This document shows positions 36,581 to 46,800 of a stretch of 64,000 nucleotides of DNA, in pieces. The position numbers and the translations under genes were made by a program. The notes beneath the pieces are model-generated. The model was not told where the DNA came from, did not search any database, and worked only from the letters and a program-made list of their open reading frames with translations. Position 1 is the first letter of the stretch, and every line of letters begins with the position of its first letter. Source of the stretch: a virus; the IMG/VR virus record IMGVR_UViG_3300034082_004296, positions 1 to 64,000 of that record; one strand, 5' to 3'.

Positions 36581-38136
36581 GATAAATCTACTATCTTATC
36601 TGATGTCTCAAATTTTTGTTCTCGATAGATCTCCTTTCTTACTTTTGCATGTCGAATCGAATAGCCATCGAGCTGATCGACTAGGTCCCAAACAAGGACT
36701 TTTGTCTTTTCGGCTAATTTTCTCATCCCTCGACCTATCGCTTGACGTAGGGTGACTTCAGCTTTTATTGATTCTGCTAAGATAATGTGGTGCAGATTCT
36801 TAGAGTCGATTCCAGTAGCAAAAGTACCGAAAGATGCGACCAAGATCACATCATCTTGTGATTCCAATATATCTTTAAATCGATCACGCTCTTTAGAGTC
36901 GACTTCGCCATCTATATAGAAGGTATTAGGGTTCCATTCCAATAATTTAGACTGGATTGCCTTTCCATAACCATTTTTGACGTCTGAAAAGAGGATCAGT
37001 GAGTTTTTTCCAAATTTTCGAGCAAGATCGCTAATAAAATCAAGTCTCTCCTTACTATCAAAGATAATTCCCTTTTCAATGGCTAACATGTCCCTCCCAA
37101 AGTCCTTGGGGTTGTTATACATCTCTTTTCCAGTCTCCTTGAGGTGCCAGTATTTTTGAATCATTGGATCCGATTCGTCATACTTTAGTTTGACAATCTT
37201 AATCTTAATATTTGGTGAATATCCATTATCAATTAGGTGTTTTGCTGAAAGAACCATCACCAATGGGCCAACATTTTCCTGCACTTTAAAGAAATCTGAA
37301 AACTGTTCATCTAGTTTAACGGTACCCGATAAACCAAGACGATATTCCCAATTGACGCAACATAGAAGGATCTCTCGAATGGAATTACCCTTAGACTTGT
37401 GTACCTCATCCACTTGAACTATTGAAAACTGTCGAAAGATTTCAACTGGGAGGTTTATTAGGCTCTGATAGGTTGAGATTACTATTTCAGCCGCATTGAA
37501 CCTCTCTTGAGTGAATTTGTCTTTACCTCCAATCGTACATACGTTCCATTCTTTACCAGGTCGAGCATACATTTCAAACTTTTCAGCGGTCTGGCCTACT
37601 AGTGAAATATTCGGGACTATAATTAGGGACTTCTTTTCTTTAGTAATCTTTCCTCCGTCTCTTAAGAATGAATTATAGATGAAAAAGATAAGGGTCTTAC
37701 CGGCAGAAGTCGCTAATTCTTGAGTACAAAACTTGTATTTAATTGCTCTAAATGCACCTTCTACTTGATAGTCCCTTGGCACGATTGGAAGGCCTCTCTC
37801 ATCAATAATTCCGTCCAGTAATTTCTCTACGTATTTTAGATACTGATCGCGACTTATTTTATTATTAACGAAAGTTTCTGCACCTTCAATCTCACAATCA
37901 TATCCAGACTTATCGGCAAAATTATAGATTTCCTTCCATAATCCAATGGCAATATTACCGTCCTTTGTAATAAATGAATCTAATCCGTCCCATACTCCAC
38001 GATCGACTAGGACATTAAACGCTGCTTTTTTAGATTTGCGCTTAAAAAACCTGAATAGACTAGTCTTTTCACTGTTTAAGGTGGAGTCAACTAGTTTGAT
38101 AAATTTCTTGTCTTGTGATACTTTGAATTTTAGCAC
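36562..38136 (-). CDS. uvsW: SF2 DNA helicase (T4 UvsW-like)
   Basis: PRDYQ, ATSAGKT, DEVH, GLSGT, QAIGRGMR. Confidence 0.88.
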   Translation of the reverse strand: MLKFKVSQDKKFIKLVDSTLNSEKTSLFRFFKRKSKKAAFNVLVDRGVWDGLDSFITKDGNIAIGLWKEIYNFADKSGYDCEIEGAETFVNNKISRDQYLKYVEKLLDGIIDERGLPIVPRDYQVEGAFRAIKYKFCTQELATSAGKTLIFFIYNSFLRDGGKITKEKKSLIIVPNISLVGQTAEKFEMYARPGKEWNVCTIGGKDKFTQERFNAAEIVISTYQSLINLPVEIFRQFSIVQVDEVHKSKGNSIREILLCCVNWEYRLGLSGTVKLDEQFSDFFKVQENVGPLVMVLSAKHLIDNGYSPNIKIKIVKLKYDESDPMIQKYWHLKETGKEMYNNPKDFGRDMLAIEKGIIFDSKERLDFISDLARKFGKNSLILFSDVKNGYGKAIQSKLLEWNPNTFYIDGEVDSKERDRFKDILESQDDVILVASFGTFATGIDSKNLHHIILAESIKAEVTLRQAIGRGMRKLAEKTKVLVWDLVDQLDGYSIRHAKVRKEIYREQKFETSDKIVDLSKKRPE

Positions 38137-38151
38137 GAGAGTGCATTATTT

Positions 38152-38586
38152 TTATAGACCCAGTGTCTTTTCTATATCGAGTCGAGTTTTGATACCAAAG
38201 ATGATATTATCGATGGTCTTGATGGATTCATTGAAAAAGGTGATCTGGTTCTCGAATATCTCTAGAGATTCTTTAGTTGCTGATGTCCTACCCTCGATTA
38301 CCATGTTTTTTTCGTTGGCTTGATATCGGATCTGAAGATTCCTTGAGATATTTTCCATCTCCAAAGAACGCTCATCCCTGTATTTTTTTCTAAGTAGAGT
38401 CACGTGTTCCAATAGAGTATGATTGTCTTCTAACAATCTTTGACGAAGGGAGAGCATGTTTACTTGTGCCTCCTTAAGAGTTTTAAGGTTGGAAAGCTTT
38501 TCAATATTTTCATAGATCTCTTTAGAGACTTCAGCACGTCTGTCCTGAAATTTTTTAGAAATCTTGGATTTTGTCTCCTCGTTCAT
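38152..38586 (-). CDS. UvsY-like recombination mediator
   Basis: 144-aa helical protein adjacent to UvsW; C-terminal IKTIDNIIFGIKT resembles UvsY end. Confidence 0.5.
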   Translation of the reverse strand: MNEETKSKISKKFQDRRAEVSKEIYENIEKLSNLKTLKEAQVNMLSLRQRLLEDNHTLLEHVTLLRKKYRDERSLEMENISRNLQIRYQANEKNMVIEGRTSATKESLEIFENQITFFNESIKTIDNIIFGIKTRLDIEKTLGL

Positions 38587-38629
38587 GCTAGAATAGTTTT
38601 ACTCTTTATACTCAAAAAAGAGGAAGGGT

Positions 38630-39121
38630 TTAACTCACAAAATCGATAAACTTATAATAGGTCGAGCCTATCTTAAAGTGTTCGTCGTTTACCATTTCGT
38701 CCTTACTTATCGATGAGACTACCTCGTTTCCTGCAGGAGAAGTCGAGCCGTCCTCAAAATAGTAATCAACAAATTCTTCACCTTTTTTACCAAGAATTAG
38801 GTTCTTGATCTTATATTTTTCAAAAATTTGTGGTATCTTATCTTTAAATGATACATCATCGTCAAGAACCATAAAGATGGATGGATAATCTATTAACTTA
38901 CCATCTTGACTAATAGCAGCAGACTGTTTTACATAATCGTCCTCAAGAAGATCAGAATCAAGAGCAGAGGTATAGGTCTCTTTGTCCTTGAATGTGATTA
39001 TCACAAAGGGAATCTTTGTTTGGATCGCATCCCTAACTTGGGTCCAAGTATGACTAGTCTCTTCAGTAGTAGACTTTATGTCCTGCTGATAGTCTTCGTA
39101 TAGTTTGATATATTTAGTCAT
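38630..39121 (-). CDS. hypothetical virion cargo candidate
   Basis: MTKYIKLYEDY; late promoter 39144-39151. Confidence 0.65.
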   Translation of the reverse strand: MTKYIKLYEDYQQDIKSTTEETSHTWTQVRDAIQTKIPFVIITFKDKETYTSALDSDLLEDDYVKQSAAISQDGKLIDYPSIFMVLDDDVSFKDKIPQIFEKYKIKNLILGKKGEEFVDYYFEDGSTSPAGNEVVSSISKDEMVNDEHFKIGSTYYKFIDFVS

Positions 39122-39164
39122 CCTTTAAGATAAAACTTTTTATTATTTATCAATAAAATATAAT

Positions 39165-39752
39165 ATGAATGAAATAACTAGAATTTTAGTCTTTGACTTT
39201 GACGAGACACTATTTAGAATGCCCGGATATACTGATAGATTTTCAGTAGAGAGAATCCGACCGGAACTTAACTTTCCAGACCCTTACTCTTTTTACGATC
39301 ACCCAAGCTCAATGGATCCTGAGATACACAATATCCAACTGATAGGCCCAGTGTATGAAGATTGGAAAGCTGCAAGCGAAGATCCTAATGCAAGAGTGAT
39401 CTTAATAACTCATAGGACTGAGGAACTTCGACCTTGTGCCCAAAGACTATTGGACCAGCATAAAATTAAGTTTGACGAAACTTATTTCCTAGGTAGACTG
39501 AGTGAAAAGATCACGATTCTTGATGAGGAATTAAGCTATTTGCCCAATATCAAGGAGATCGCGATCTATGAGGATTCGCTAGAACAGTTAAGAAAGTATC
39601 AGGATTTCTTCTATGAAAAAGTAACTCGACTAAAAACCGTAAAGAGCCTAGATGATATGATAATATTAAACATGCAGTTTGTAGATAAGTCTAAAGTAAT
39701 CTCACTATACGACTTTAGTTCAGGCGAATCAAGAAGAATTGAATTGATATGA
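39165..39752 (+). CDS. HAD-superfamily phosphatase (RNA-repair HAD-like)
   Basis: VFDFDETLF, ITHR, IYEDS motifs. Confidence 0.75.
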   Translation: MNEITRILVFDFDETLFRMPGYTDRFSVERIRPELNFPDPYSFYDHPSSMDPEIHNIQLIGPVYEDWKAASEDPNARVILITHRTEELRPCAQRLLDQHKIKFDETYFLGRLSEKITILDEELSYLPNIKEIAIYEDSLEQLRKYQDFFYEKVTRLKTVKSLDDMIILNMQFVDKSKVISLYDFSSGESRRIELI

Positions 39753-40345
39753 TAATAATGATAGAAGGTGCTCGGCACTCCGGTAAAACTTTTTTAATTG
39801 ATAAGTTTTTTGAACAAAATACAAATCCTGATGTTCACTACTACAAGTTTCAATTTGCAAAATACATTGATGATCTTGAGATGAGGGACCAAGAAACCGG
39901 TCCAGGTGTACACTATTTTAGTATCGCGAATGTCCTAACTATTCTTGAACTCAATAAGACTCTACTAAAGGATAAGATTCTAGTCTTTGATCGATGTATT
40001 TTTTCAGCATATGTGTGGTCGATCTATCGAGAAAGAATGGGACCATTTAGATTATTAGAAGAGTTTAGAAGAATACTAGTTAGTGATCTCTATCAAGACG
40101 TTAAACTATTGTATGTTGAACGTGATGAAAGCATTGAAATTATAAAGAGGGAAAAGGATTACTTTGGTAATTTTGAAAATTCAAATCGTGAAAGGGAACT
40201 CTTTGAGAGGATCTTCTCTGAATTCAATCCTCGAATAACAAATTCAGCTAGAAATAACGAATTTAGTCGCACAACCAATCATTTTGATGAGGCGAGTTCT
40301 ATTCAATTTAATCGAATGCTAAATGATCTAATAAATAGAGGTTGA
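39749..40345 (+). CDS. P-loop nucleotide kinase (thymidylate-kinase-like)
   Basis: IEGARHSGKT and LVFDR. Confidence 0.75.
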   Translation: MIIMIEGARHSGKTFLIDKFFEQNTNPDVHYYKFQFAKYIDDLEMRDQETGPGVHYFSIANVLTILELNKTLLKDKILVFDRCIFSAYVWSIYRERMGPFRLLEEFRRILVSDLYQDVKLLYVERDESIEIIKREKDYFGNFENSNRERELFERIFSEFNPRITNSARNNEFSRTTNHFDEASSIQFNRMLNDLINRG

Positions 40346-40377
40346 TAGCCATAATAAATAATAAAAAATATTTTAGG

Positions 40378-40935
40378 ATGGCTAGCAAATACATACCAAG
40401 CTATTTACAATACATTAAGGAAGCAGAAGAAGCGGCTTCTCCTCTAAAAGGTTACCCAGCAGATCAGCTGATTACCCGAATCGGTGAACTAATGGAGGTG
40501 TTATCAGATCAAGTAAGATTTGGAGTACCTTCAGATAACTTAGGTAGAGCAACTACTTATCGGGATGCAAATGGTGCTATTCAAAGAATCAAGGATATTG
40601 TACACTATTATACTAGCAAAAATGAGCAGGTCAGATTCTACTGCTGGTCGTTAAGCTATGGTGGAACCTGGAAAGCAGCTAAAAATCTTAGAAAAAAGAT
40701 AGAGGACGCTGGTGGATTTGGTGAAGAAATGAATAATGTCAACTTAAAAAAAGTAGTTGAGTATTTTGAGAACAACCCAGAGGATTCAGATAACCTTCGT
40801 AGTATCTCAATAAGTATTGACTCAGACAGTATCAGAAAAGCGATGGCTACACCAAAACCGGAAGAGAAACCGGAGGCGTCACCTGCCTCGACTGAAAAAC
40901 AGGCAGAGCAAAAACCAGCTGAACCAGAAATCTAA
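40378..40935 (+). CDS. hypothetical virion cargo candidate
   Basis: start moved to MASKYIPSYLQYIKE after late promoter 40353-40360. Confidence 0.65.
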   Translation: MASKYIPSYLQYIKEAEEAASPLKGYPADQLITRIGELMEVLSDQVRFGVPSDNLGRATTYRDANGAIQRIKDIVHYYTSKNEQVRFYCWSLSYGGTWKAAKNLRKKIEDAGGFGEEMNNVNLKKVVEYFENNPEDSDNLRSISISIDSDSIRKAMATPKPEEKPEASPASTEKQAEQKPAEPEI

Positions 40936-40946
40936 AAGATAAATCC

Positions 40947-42821
40947 ATGGCAGGAATAAACAATTTAAAGGAAGTCTATGAAAAGAAGGGCGAGTCCTTC
41001 TTAAATGGACTACTTAACCAATACGTCATCATTAATGAAAAAGTAGACGGTGCGTTCTTTGGAGTAAAAAAGACCCAGGACGACACGTTCAAGTATTTCA
41101 AAAAATCGGGTGAGATCACATATGTTGACCAGGTACTAATGAAGTACTACAATCCTGCAATAAAACACTTTCATGATCTCCCTATTGAAAAGAGACAGCG
41201 AATTCCAGCAAATTTCTTTTTTGGGTTTGAATACTTTACTAAGAGTGACAGTAGATCGAGCAAGAGAAAAGAAATGCCTAAAAATAACCTGGTTCTTTCG
41301 TATATCCATCGATTGGATGAGACTGGTAAGATCGCCGAGACCCTACAGTCTAAGGAGCAGCTTACACGATGGGCTAATTACTTGGAAGTAGAGGCACCAC
41401 CAATAGTATTTGAAGGTAAACTAGACGATGAACAAAAGAGCAAGATACTAGAGTTCGTATATACTGAACAACGAGGTCTTGAAGAAAAGTTTAAGACTAC
41501 TTCATTTACTAAATACATCGTTTCAGTACTTTGTCCAGATGAAAAGTCAGAGTTTTCGGACAGGGACCTAGAGACTCTTGTATTTAGGTTCTATGGAGAG
41601 GATTCCGAAAACGAGGCATTTTTAGCAAAACTAGTGGATCCTATTTTTCAACAAAGATCACAGGATGTCCAGCCCAAGCAGTCAAACTCACAGGATTATA
41701 TTTGGTTAATTGTTATTGACCTAATGAATCACTTTGAGATGTATGATATCGACGATCTTCGTAAGATGGTAGCAGATACTGATCAGTATGAACAAAAATA
41801 CATAGGTCTTATCAATTGCATATTTAAGGACTTTATACAGGACTATTCTCAAAAGTATGAAGGTCTTGAATTGGACGTGCCTGAATACTTAAAGAGACCT
41901 GAATTTGAACTTGATGTAAACTTGGTGGGTGATCCAGAAGTGGTGAATATTATTAACCTAAATGCTACTAATCTTGAGATCTATAAAGTTTTACTTAATT
42001 TTTTTAGAAAGGTAAGAAAACGTTCAAGCTCAGGATTCTTTACCCCAGAAATGGTCTCACAGCTTAACCTAATCGTGCAAAAGATCAAGAACATTATTAT
42101 GGGAGACGCCGTGTATGAGGGACTCTTTCCAAGCTTTAGCGAGTTCATAGGATCACCTAGCGATTGGATGACGTTGAGCGAGATTGAGCACGCAAAAACA
42201 ATAGGTGAGACACTAGAGCCACAAAAGATAAACATTTTAATCGGAGGATTTCAACCTGTAACACTGGGTCATATCAAGGCAGCAACTGCAATGAAGGAAA
42301 AGAACGGAAATAAGACAATATTTGTAGCAATAAAGGGCGAGACACCTACTAAAAAGTCTCCGTTTTCCCTTACTACTACCAAGCTTATGCTAAACAAGGT
42401 ACAGCAAGAATATCCAGAAATGATAGCAGACGTCATGATCGTCCCTAGCGGGCAGATCACCGATATTATAAGAGAACTTAGACCTAAATACGAACCCATT
42501 CTATGGGGAACGACTGATCGCCGAGTAAAGGACTATGCTCTACAGTTTGACTATATCAAGAAGAGGGACATACCGTTAAGAATATCTAAGGATTTTAGAC
42601 TTGTTGAGCTTCCTAGCTTTGTAAAGTCAGAAGAGATTATAGAGCTAATTAAGGACTCTAACTTTGAAGGCTTTAAAAAAGAGACACCTGCATCAGTATC
42701 GGCTGAGTTTTTTAACTTACAGAAAGAGATAGGACAAAGAATTAAAGTAAACGAGGCTAGCCAGGACTCACGATTTAGTGAGCCTGATCAAAAGGATGAT
42801 GATTCTGAAGAAATAGTCTAA
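40947..42821 (+). CDS. ligase-like adenylation domain fused to HxGH-type nucleotidyltransferase domain
   Basis: N-terminal NEKVDG and FGFEY; C-terminal GGFQPVTLGH and KKSPFS. Confidence 0.6.
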   Translation: MAGINNLKEVYEKKGESFLNGLLNQYVIINEKVDGAFFGVKKTQDDTFKYFKKSGEITYVDQVLMKYYNPAIKHFHDLPIEKRQRIPANFFFGFEYFTKSDSRSSKRKEMPKNNLVLSYIHRLDETGKIAETLQSKEQLTRWANYLEVEAPPIVFEGKLDDEQKSKILEFVYTEQRGLEEKFKTTSFTKYIVSVLCPDEKSEFSDRDLETLVFRFYGEDSENEAFLAKLVDPIFQQRSQDVQPKQSNSQDYIWLIVIDLMNHFEMYDIDDLRKMVADTDQYEQKYIGLINCIFKDFIQDYSQKYEGLELDVPEYLKRPEFELDVNLVGDPEVVNIINLNATNLEIYKVLLNFFRKVRKRSSSGFFTPEMVSQLNLIVQKIKNIIMGDAVYEGLFPSFSEFIGSPSDWMTLSEIEHAKTIGETLEPQKINILIGGFQPVTLGHIKAATAMKEKNGNKTIFVAIKGETPTKKSPFSLTTTKLMLNKVQQEYPEMIADVMIVPSGQITDIIRELRPKYEPILWGTTDRRVKDYALQFDYIKKRDIPLRISKDFRLVELPSFVKSEEIIELIKDSNFEGFKKETPASVSAEFFNLQKEIGQRIKVNEASQDSRFSEPDQKDDDSEEIV

Positions 42822-42848
42822 AACTTTAGTCTACTTTGCAAATATAAT
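42819..42848 (+). promoter_or_regulatory. putative early/middle promoter
   Basis: TAAAAC-N18-TATAAT upstream of 42868. Confidence 0.5.
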
Positions 42849-42867
42849 ATACAAAACTTTTCTTAAA

Positions 42868-44427
42868 ATGAAGTTTAATGAACTAGACGAATCTGATAAA
42901 CTTTACATCTGTGAGACATACTACAATCGAGATCTTTCTTGGGACGAACGCATTGCTGGACTCTCTGAAAAATTTGAGTGCTCCACTAGAACGATCGCTA
43001 ATTGGATCACAAAGCTTAACCTTAACGCAAAGACGGTTGAAGAATCCCCACAGTTAAAGCTGGCACAGTCCAGAGAATACAATAAAAAGACCAAGCGATT
43101 TATCATAACTTGGGCACAAAATAACACACCAGTACACACAGACTTTTTAAATAATATTAAGGCATATGCCGAATTTATTAATGCTGACCTACATGTGATC
43201 GCTGGTCGATACAAAAATCCAACTAGTATTTGGTCCACAAGTCAAGAATATGAGGAGGTTTGGGCTGAGGAGGTATTAGGCTATCTTGATGCAAATCGAC
43301 ACGATATCCACAAGTACTTATCTATTATGTCTGACGTAAAGATACAACCGACTGCTGTCAATCCAATGACTGGTATGGAAGGACTAAGCGGAATCAATTC
43401 TTGTGTGTTTGGTTCGCCGAAGGTACAGATGGAGATGATTCCAGTATTAGAAGGCAATGTTCCTAAGATGATGGTCACCACTGGAGCATGTACCACTAAA
43501 AACTATACTGATTCTAAATCGGGTAAAAAGGGAGAGTTTCACCACACTCTGGGTTTTGTGATCGTTGAGATCAAGAACGGAGAGATCTTTTTTATGAGAC
43601 AGGTGACTGCCACTGACAAAGGAAGCTTTACGGATCTATTCTATAGAGTAGATAAGGAGGAGGTGACTAGAATCAATAAAGTCTCTGCAATAGTTTGGGG
43701 AGACCTGCACTATGGCAGCCATGATACTAGAGTGGTCAGTAAGACTCTTGACCTAATGGAAGAACTTAATCCTGACCATGTAATACTACATGATGTTTTT
43801 GATGGAAAGTCTATTAGTCACCATGAGGAAAAGGATCCTTTCCTACAGTATCAAAAGGAGATGGATGGTACAAATTCTCTAAAAAAGGAGATCGAGGATC
43901 TCTTGGAAGGACTTGCCGATTTTGAAGAATATAATACGGTAATCGTTAGGAGCAATCACGATGATTTTGTGGATAGGTGGTTAAAAAACACCGACTGGCG
44001 CAAGAGCGTCACTCCTAAAAACTCTTTAGAGTACATGCAATACTCATCTGCAATACTTAGCGGTGAGGCACCAAATGGTGTGATTCCATGGGTGATAAAT
44101 GACAAGTATCCACACTTTATAACCCTAGGTAGAAGTGACAGCTATATAGTTAATGGATGGGAATTAGGTCAGCACGGAGACATAGGTTCAAATGGCAGTA
44201 GAGGTTCACTACAACAGTTTAGAAGACTTAATAATAAGATTGTAGTAGGCCATTACCACTCTCCAGGAAGAAAGGATGGAGCACTTGCAGTAGGAACATC
44301 AACCCAATTAAGAGTAGGTTACAACATAGGAGCTAGCGCATGGTTACAGTCTCATGTAATCATTCATGAAGATTCAAAAGCACAACACATTAACTTTATA
44401 AACGGAGAATATACTACTTTGAAATAA
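42868..44427 (+). CDS. HTH plus calcineurin-like metallophosphoesterase (possibly T5 A1-like nuclease)
   Basis: N-terminal HTH; GDLH, HDVFDG, SNHD, QHGD, GHYH motifs. Confidence 0.75.
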   Translation: MKFNELDESDKLYICETYYNRDLSWDERIAGLSEKFECSTRTIANWITKLNLNAKTVEESPQLKLAQSREYNKKTKRFIITWAQNNTPVHTDFLNNIKAYAEFINADLHVIAGRYKNPTSIWSTSQEYEEVWAEEVLGYLDANRHDIHKYLSIMSDVKIQPTAVNPMTGMEGLSGINSCVFGSPKVQMEMIPVLEGNVPKMMVTTGACTTKNYTDSKSGKKGEFHHTLGFVIVEIKNGEIFFMRQVTATDKGSFTDLFYRVDKEEVTRINKVSAIVWGDLHYGSHDTRVVSKTLDLMEELNPDHVILHDVFDGKSISHHEEKDPFLQYQKEMDGTNSLKKEIEDLLEGLADFEEYNTVIVRSNHDDFVDRWLKNTDWRKSVTPKNSLEYMQYSSAILSGEAPNGVIPWVINDKYPHFITLGRSDSYIVNGWELGQHGDIGSNGSRGSLQQFRRLNNKIVVGHYHSPGRKDGALAVGTSTQLRVGYNIGASAWLQSHVIIHEDSKAQHINFINGEYTTLK

Positions 44428-44451
44428 ATAACTTAGAAATAGGTAATTTGC

Positions 44452-44571
44452 ATGAAGTATATTTTAAACCACATTAAGTACATACTTGAAAAGGTAACTA
44501 ATACTCGTATCATATGTGATAAGTGTGGATGGAATTGGGCAATTATAATAATGAGCAAGCCGACGCTTTAA
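44452..44571 (+). pseudogene. 39-aa leader-bearing ORF, possibly a truncated zinc-finger remnant
   Basis: MKYILNHIKYILEKVTNTRIICDKCGWNW...; single CxxC; late promoter 44423-44430. Confidence 0.35.
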
Positions 44572-44585
44572 AATAATCAATTAGC

Positions 44586-44777
44586 ATGGCCAAGAAAAAC
44601 GACAGTCAGCAAAATTTTGAAGATTACCGAAAAGGTAAAGCCAAATTACAAAATGCAGTTCTTCAGCACCCAGAAGAGAGTAAAGGAGGAAAATCAGTTT
44701 ATGATTTTATGAAAGGCTCAGTCAAACGAAACATGTGGGTGATTCCATATGAGCAGTTTAAAAAGCGAGATAAATAA
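44586..44777 (+). CDS. small basic protein
   Basis: 63-aa ORF, C-terminal VIPYEQF. Confidence 0.55.
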   Translation: MAKKNDSQQNFEDYRKGKAKLQNAVLQHPEESKGGKSVYDFMKGSVKRNMWVIPYEQFKKRDK

Positions 44778-44796
44778 CTAAAATCTTACAGGTAAT

Positions 44797-46755
44797 ATGA
44801 GTTTTGAAGCATACCTAAGAAACTGGCTACGTCTTAATGAAGCCAAGGACGACGACACAGCAGAAAAGAAAGAACCTAGTGATCAGCCTTCTGGAATGGA
44901 TGAACTCAGTACCATCATTGAGTCTGGAATAGGCGGCGAGACTAGCGATAAGATTGCTAGGACTACTTCATTTGAATCTATTGAACAGGTATTACAAAAA
45001 CTTGACATATTACTATTAGAAAAAATACAGTCTAATCCAGAACTACAGAAGATCCTAATGGCAATGGTAGTTCCTGGCAAGGTTGAGTGGTTGGGCGAAT
45101 ACTTGACCAAATCAAAAAAGAGCTTGAGTGCGCTATCTACTGATAAAAAGAAGGTGGACCCAAACCAAAACTTTGATGGCTATAAGAGGTTCCTGATTAG
45201 GGAGGCAGACGTAAAGAGTAGGATCTATAAGATGCACCTCATATTTAAGTATGTGACTGAGGCACCTGACCTGGATAAAGACACAAATATCCTACTTGCA
45301 CTAAAACAAATCGGGGCGCCTTTAACTGTATCGACTGAAGAGGGAGCACCGACTGTGAAGATTGGTAAGATTGGGAGAATCGACAATAAAGTAGAATCCA
45401 ATGAGTTTGAAATGATCGGCTCTAACGGAGAGAATAAGATAGTGAAGAAGGAGGAACTTAAGTCCATTCTTGAAAAAAATCCTGAATTGGCTGAACGTGC
45501 AAAATCGATGGCTACCGAGTCTCACAAGAAAAAGCTGAATAAGTTATTACAGAGAACAGAGGAAGCTATTAGAAAGGAGATTATGAACTCCCTAAATGAC
45601 ACTAAAAACATCATCTCAGATCTACCCAATGACGAGACTAGTAGAGAAAAGTTAGAGGTGGATTGGAAGCCTCTGATCGACGCCCTAGGTTATTCAAAGT
45701 TCTTTGCTGCACCAATCAAGGAGAAGGAGAAGGAAATCACCAAGACCGAGAGACCAAGTCTTAGAAAAAAGAACAGAATCAAGGAGAAACTAATGAATGC
45801 TCTTAACTCAGCATTGCTTCCTCCAATGACTAATGGCGAGATCTCTGAACCTGGTGGAGATTACTATAAACTATTTAAAAAGCTAGAGGAGCAAAATGCG
45901 GCCTGGCTTGAAGCTTCCATTAAGGAGTCATTGACTGATGTTGGTCGAATCGCACAGTTTAATACAGCAGCCAGAAATGAGGAGAGCTCGCTAGAAGAAA
46001 ATCAGTTAGCCTACCTATATGCATGTAGCGCATGGATAACTAAATATGTTGAGAGCGAGGTTGACGGAGAACTATCAAAGAGGGACACGGATAATGCATT
46101 AGCAAAGATTAAGTCGATCACCCAAGCCAAAGAGCGCGAGATCAAGAACTATTATCTCTCTAAGGACTTTAATATGAAGAACTTTAAAGGTATACAATTA
46201 AAGCCCGATCTTAGGTTACCTCTTTATCAAAAGGTTAGACTTGCAGTTAGCGAAGCAGACCGAATAGCTGAGAGCCCATTAAAGAACCTACTTAAGGGGC
46301 TAGGTCAAATCATAGTAGGACTCTTTTCAACGGTACCTGACAGAGGAAATGCAGAACTCGCTAGAAAGAATGCTGCCCAAAATCAAGCGATATTCAATGG
46401 AATATTTAGCATCATTAAAGGAGGAGTATACGCAGTAAGCAAGCAGGCTGGGCGAGACCTTGAAAAAGGAGTGAGCAAAGTCACTAATAAGCTAAGACTA
46501 GACGCAGTAGGCTTGACACCTTATGAAAAAGGAGAAGGTCCTAAATTCTATAAGTCAGCTGAAAAGAAGACAAATGAGGATGCTGGGATAGGTACCTCTC
46601 CAGGAACGGCGATGCAAACTCCAGGGAGCCTACCAGACAATACAATGGATACACTATCTCTAGCAGGGCCAGGAAGAAGAAAGAAAAAGAAAACGGGCTC
46701 TCAAATGGTAAAAAGAGTGTCAAGCTTTAAGGATTTCTTGAAAGGAGACGATTAA
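44797..46755 (+). CDS. large helical virion cargo candidate
   Basis: YLRNWLRLNE leader and C-terminal VSSFKDFL; late promoter 44769-44776. Confidence 0.75.
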   Translation: MSFEAYLRNWLRLNEAKDDDTAEKKEPSDQPSGMDELSTIIESGIGGETSDKIARTTSFESIEQVLQKLDILLLEKIQSNPELQKILMAMVVPGKVEWLGEYLTKSKKSLSALSTDKKKVDPNQNFDGYKRFLIREADVKSRIYKMHLIFKYVTEAPDLDKDTNILLALKQIGAPLTVSTEEGAPTVKIGKIGRIDNKVESNEFEMIGSNGENKIVKKEELKSILEKNPELAERAKSMATESHKKKLNKLLQRTEEAIRKEIMNSLNDTKNIISDLPNDETSREKLEVDWKPLIDALGYSKFFAAPIKEKEKEITKTERPSLRKKNRIKEKLMNALNSALLPPMTNGEISEPGGDYYKLFKKLEEQNAAWLEASIKESLTDVGRIAQFNTAARNEESSLEENQLAYLYACSAWITKYVESEVDGELSKRDTDNALAKIKSITQAKEREIKNYYLSKDFNMKNFKGIQLKPDLRLPLYQKVRLAVSEADRIAESPLKNLLKGLGQIIVGLFSTVPDRGNAELARKNAAQNQAIFNGIFSIIKGGVYAVSKQAGRDLEKGVSKVTNKLRLDAVGLTPYEKGEGPKFYKSAEKKTNEDAGIGTSPGTAMQTPGSLPDNTMDTLSLAGPGRRKKKKTGSQMVKRVSSFKDFLKGDD

Positions 46756-46800
46756 TCTCAGACTTAGATAAGCATAATAAATAATAAAAACTAAAATACG

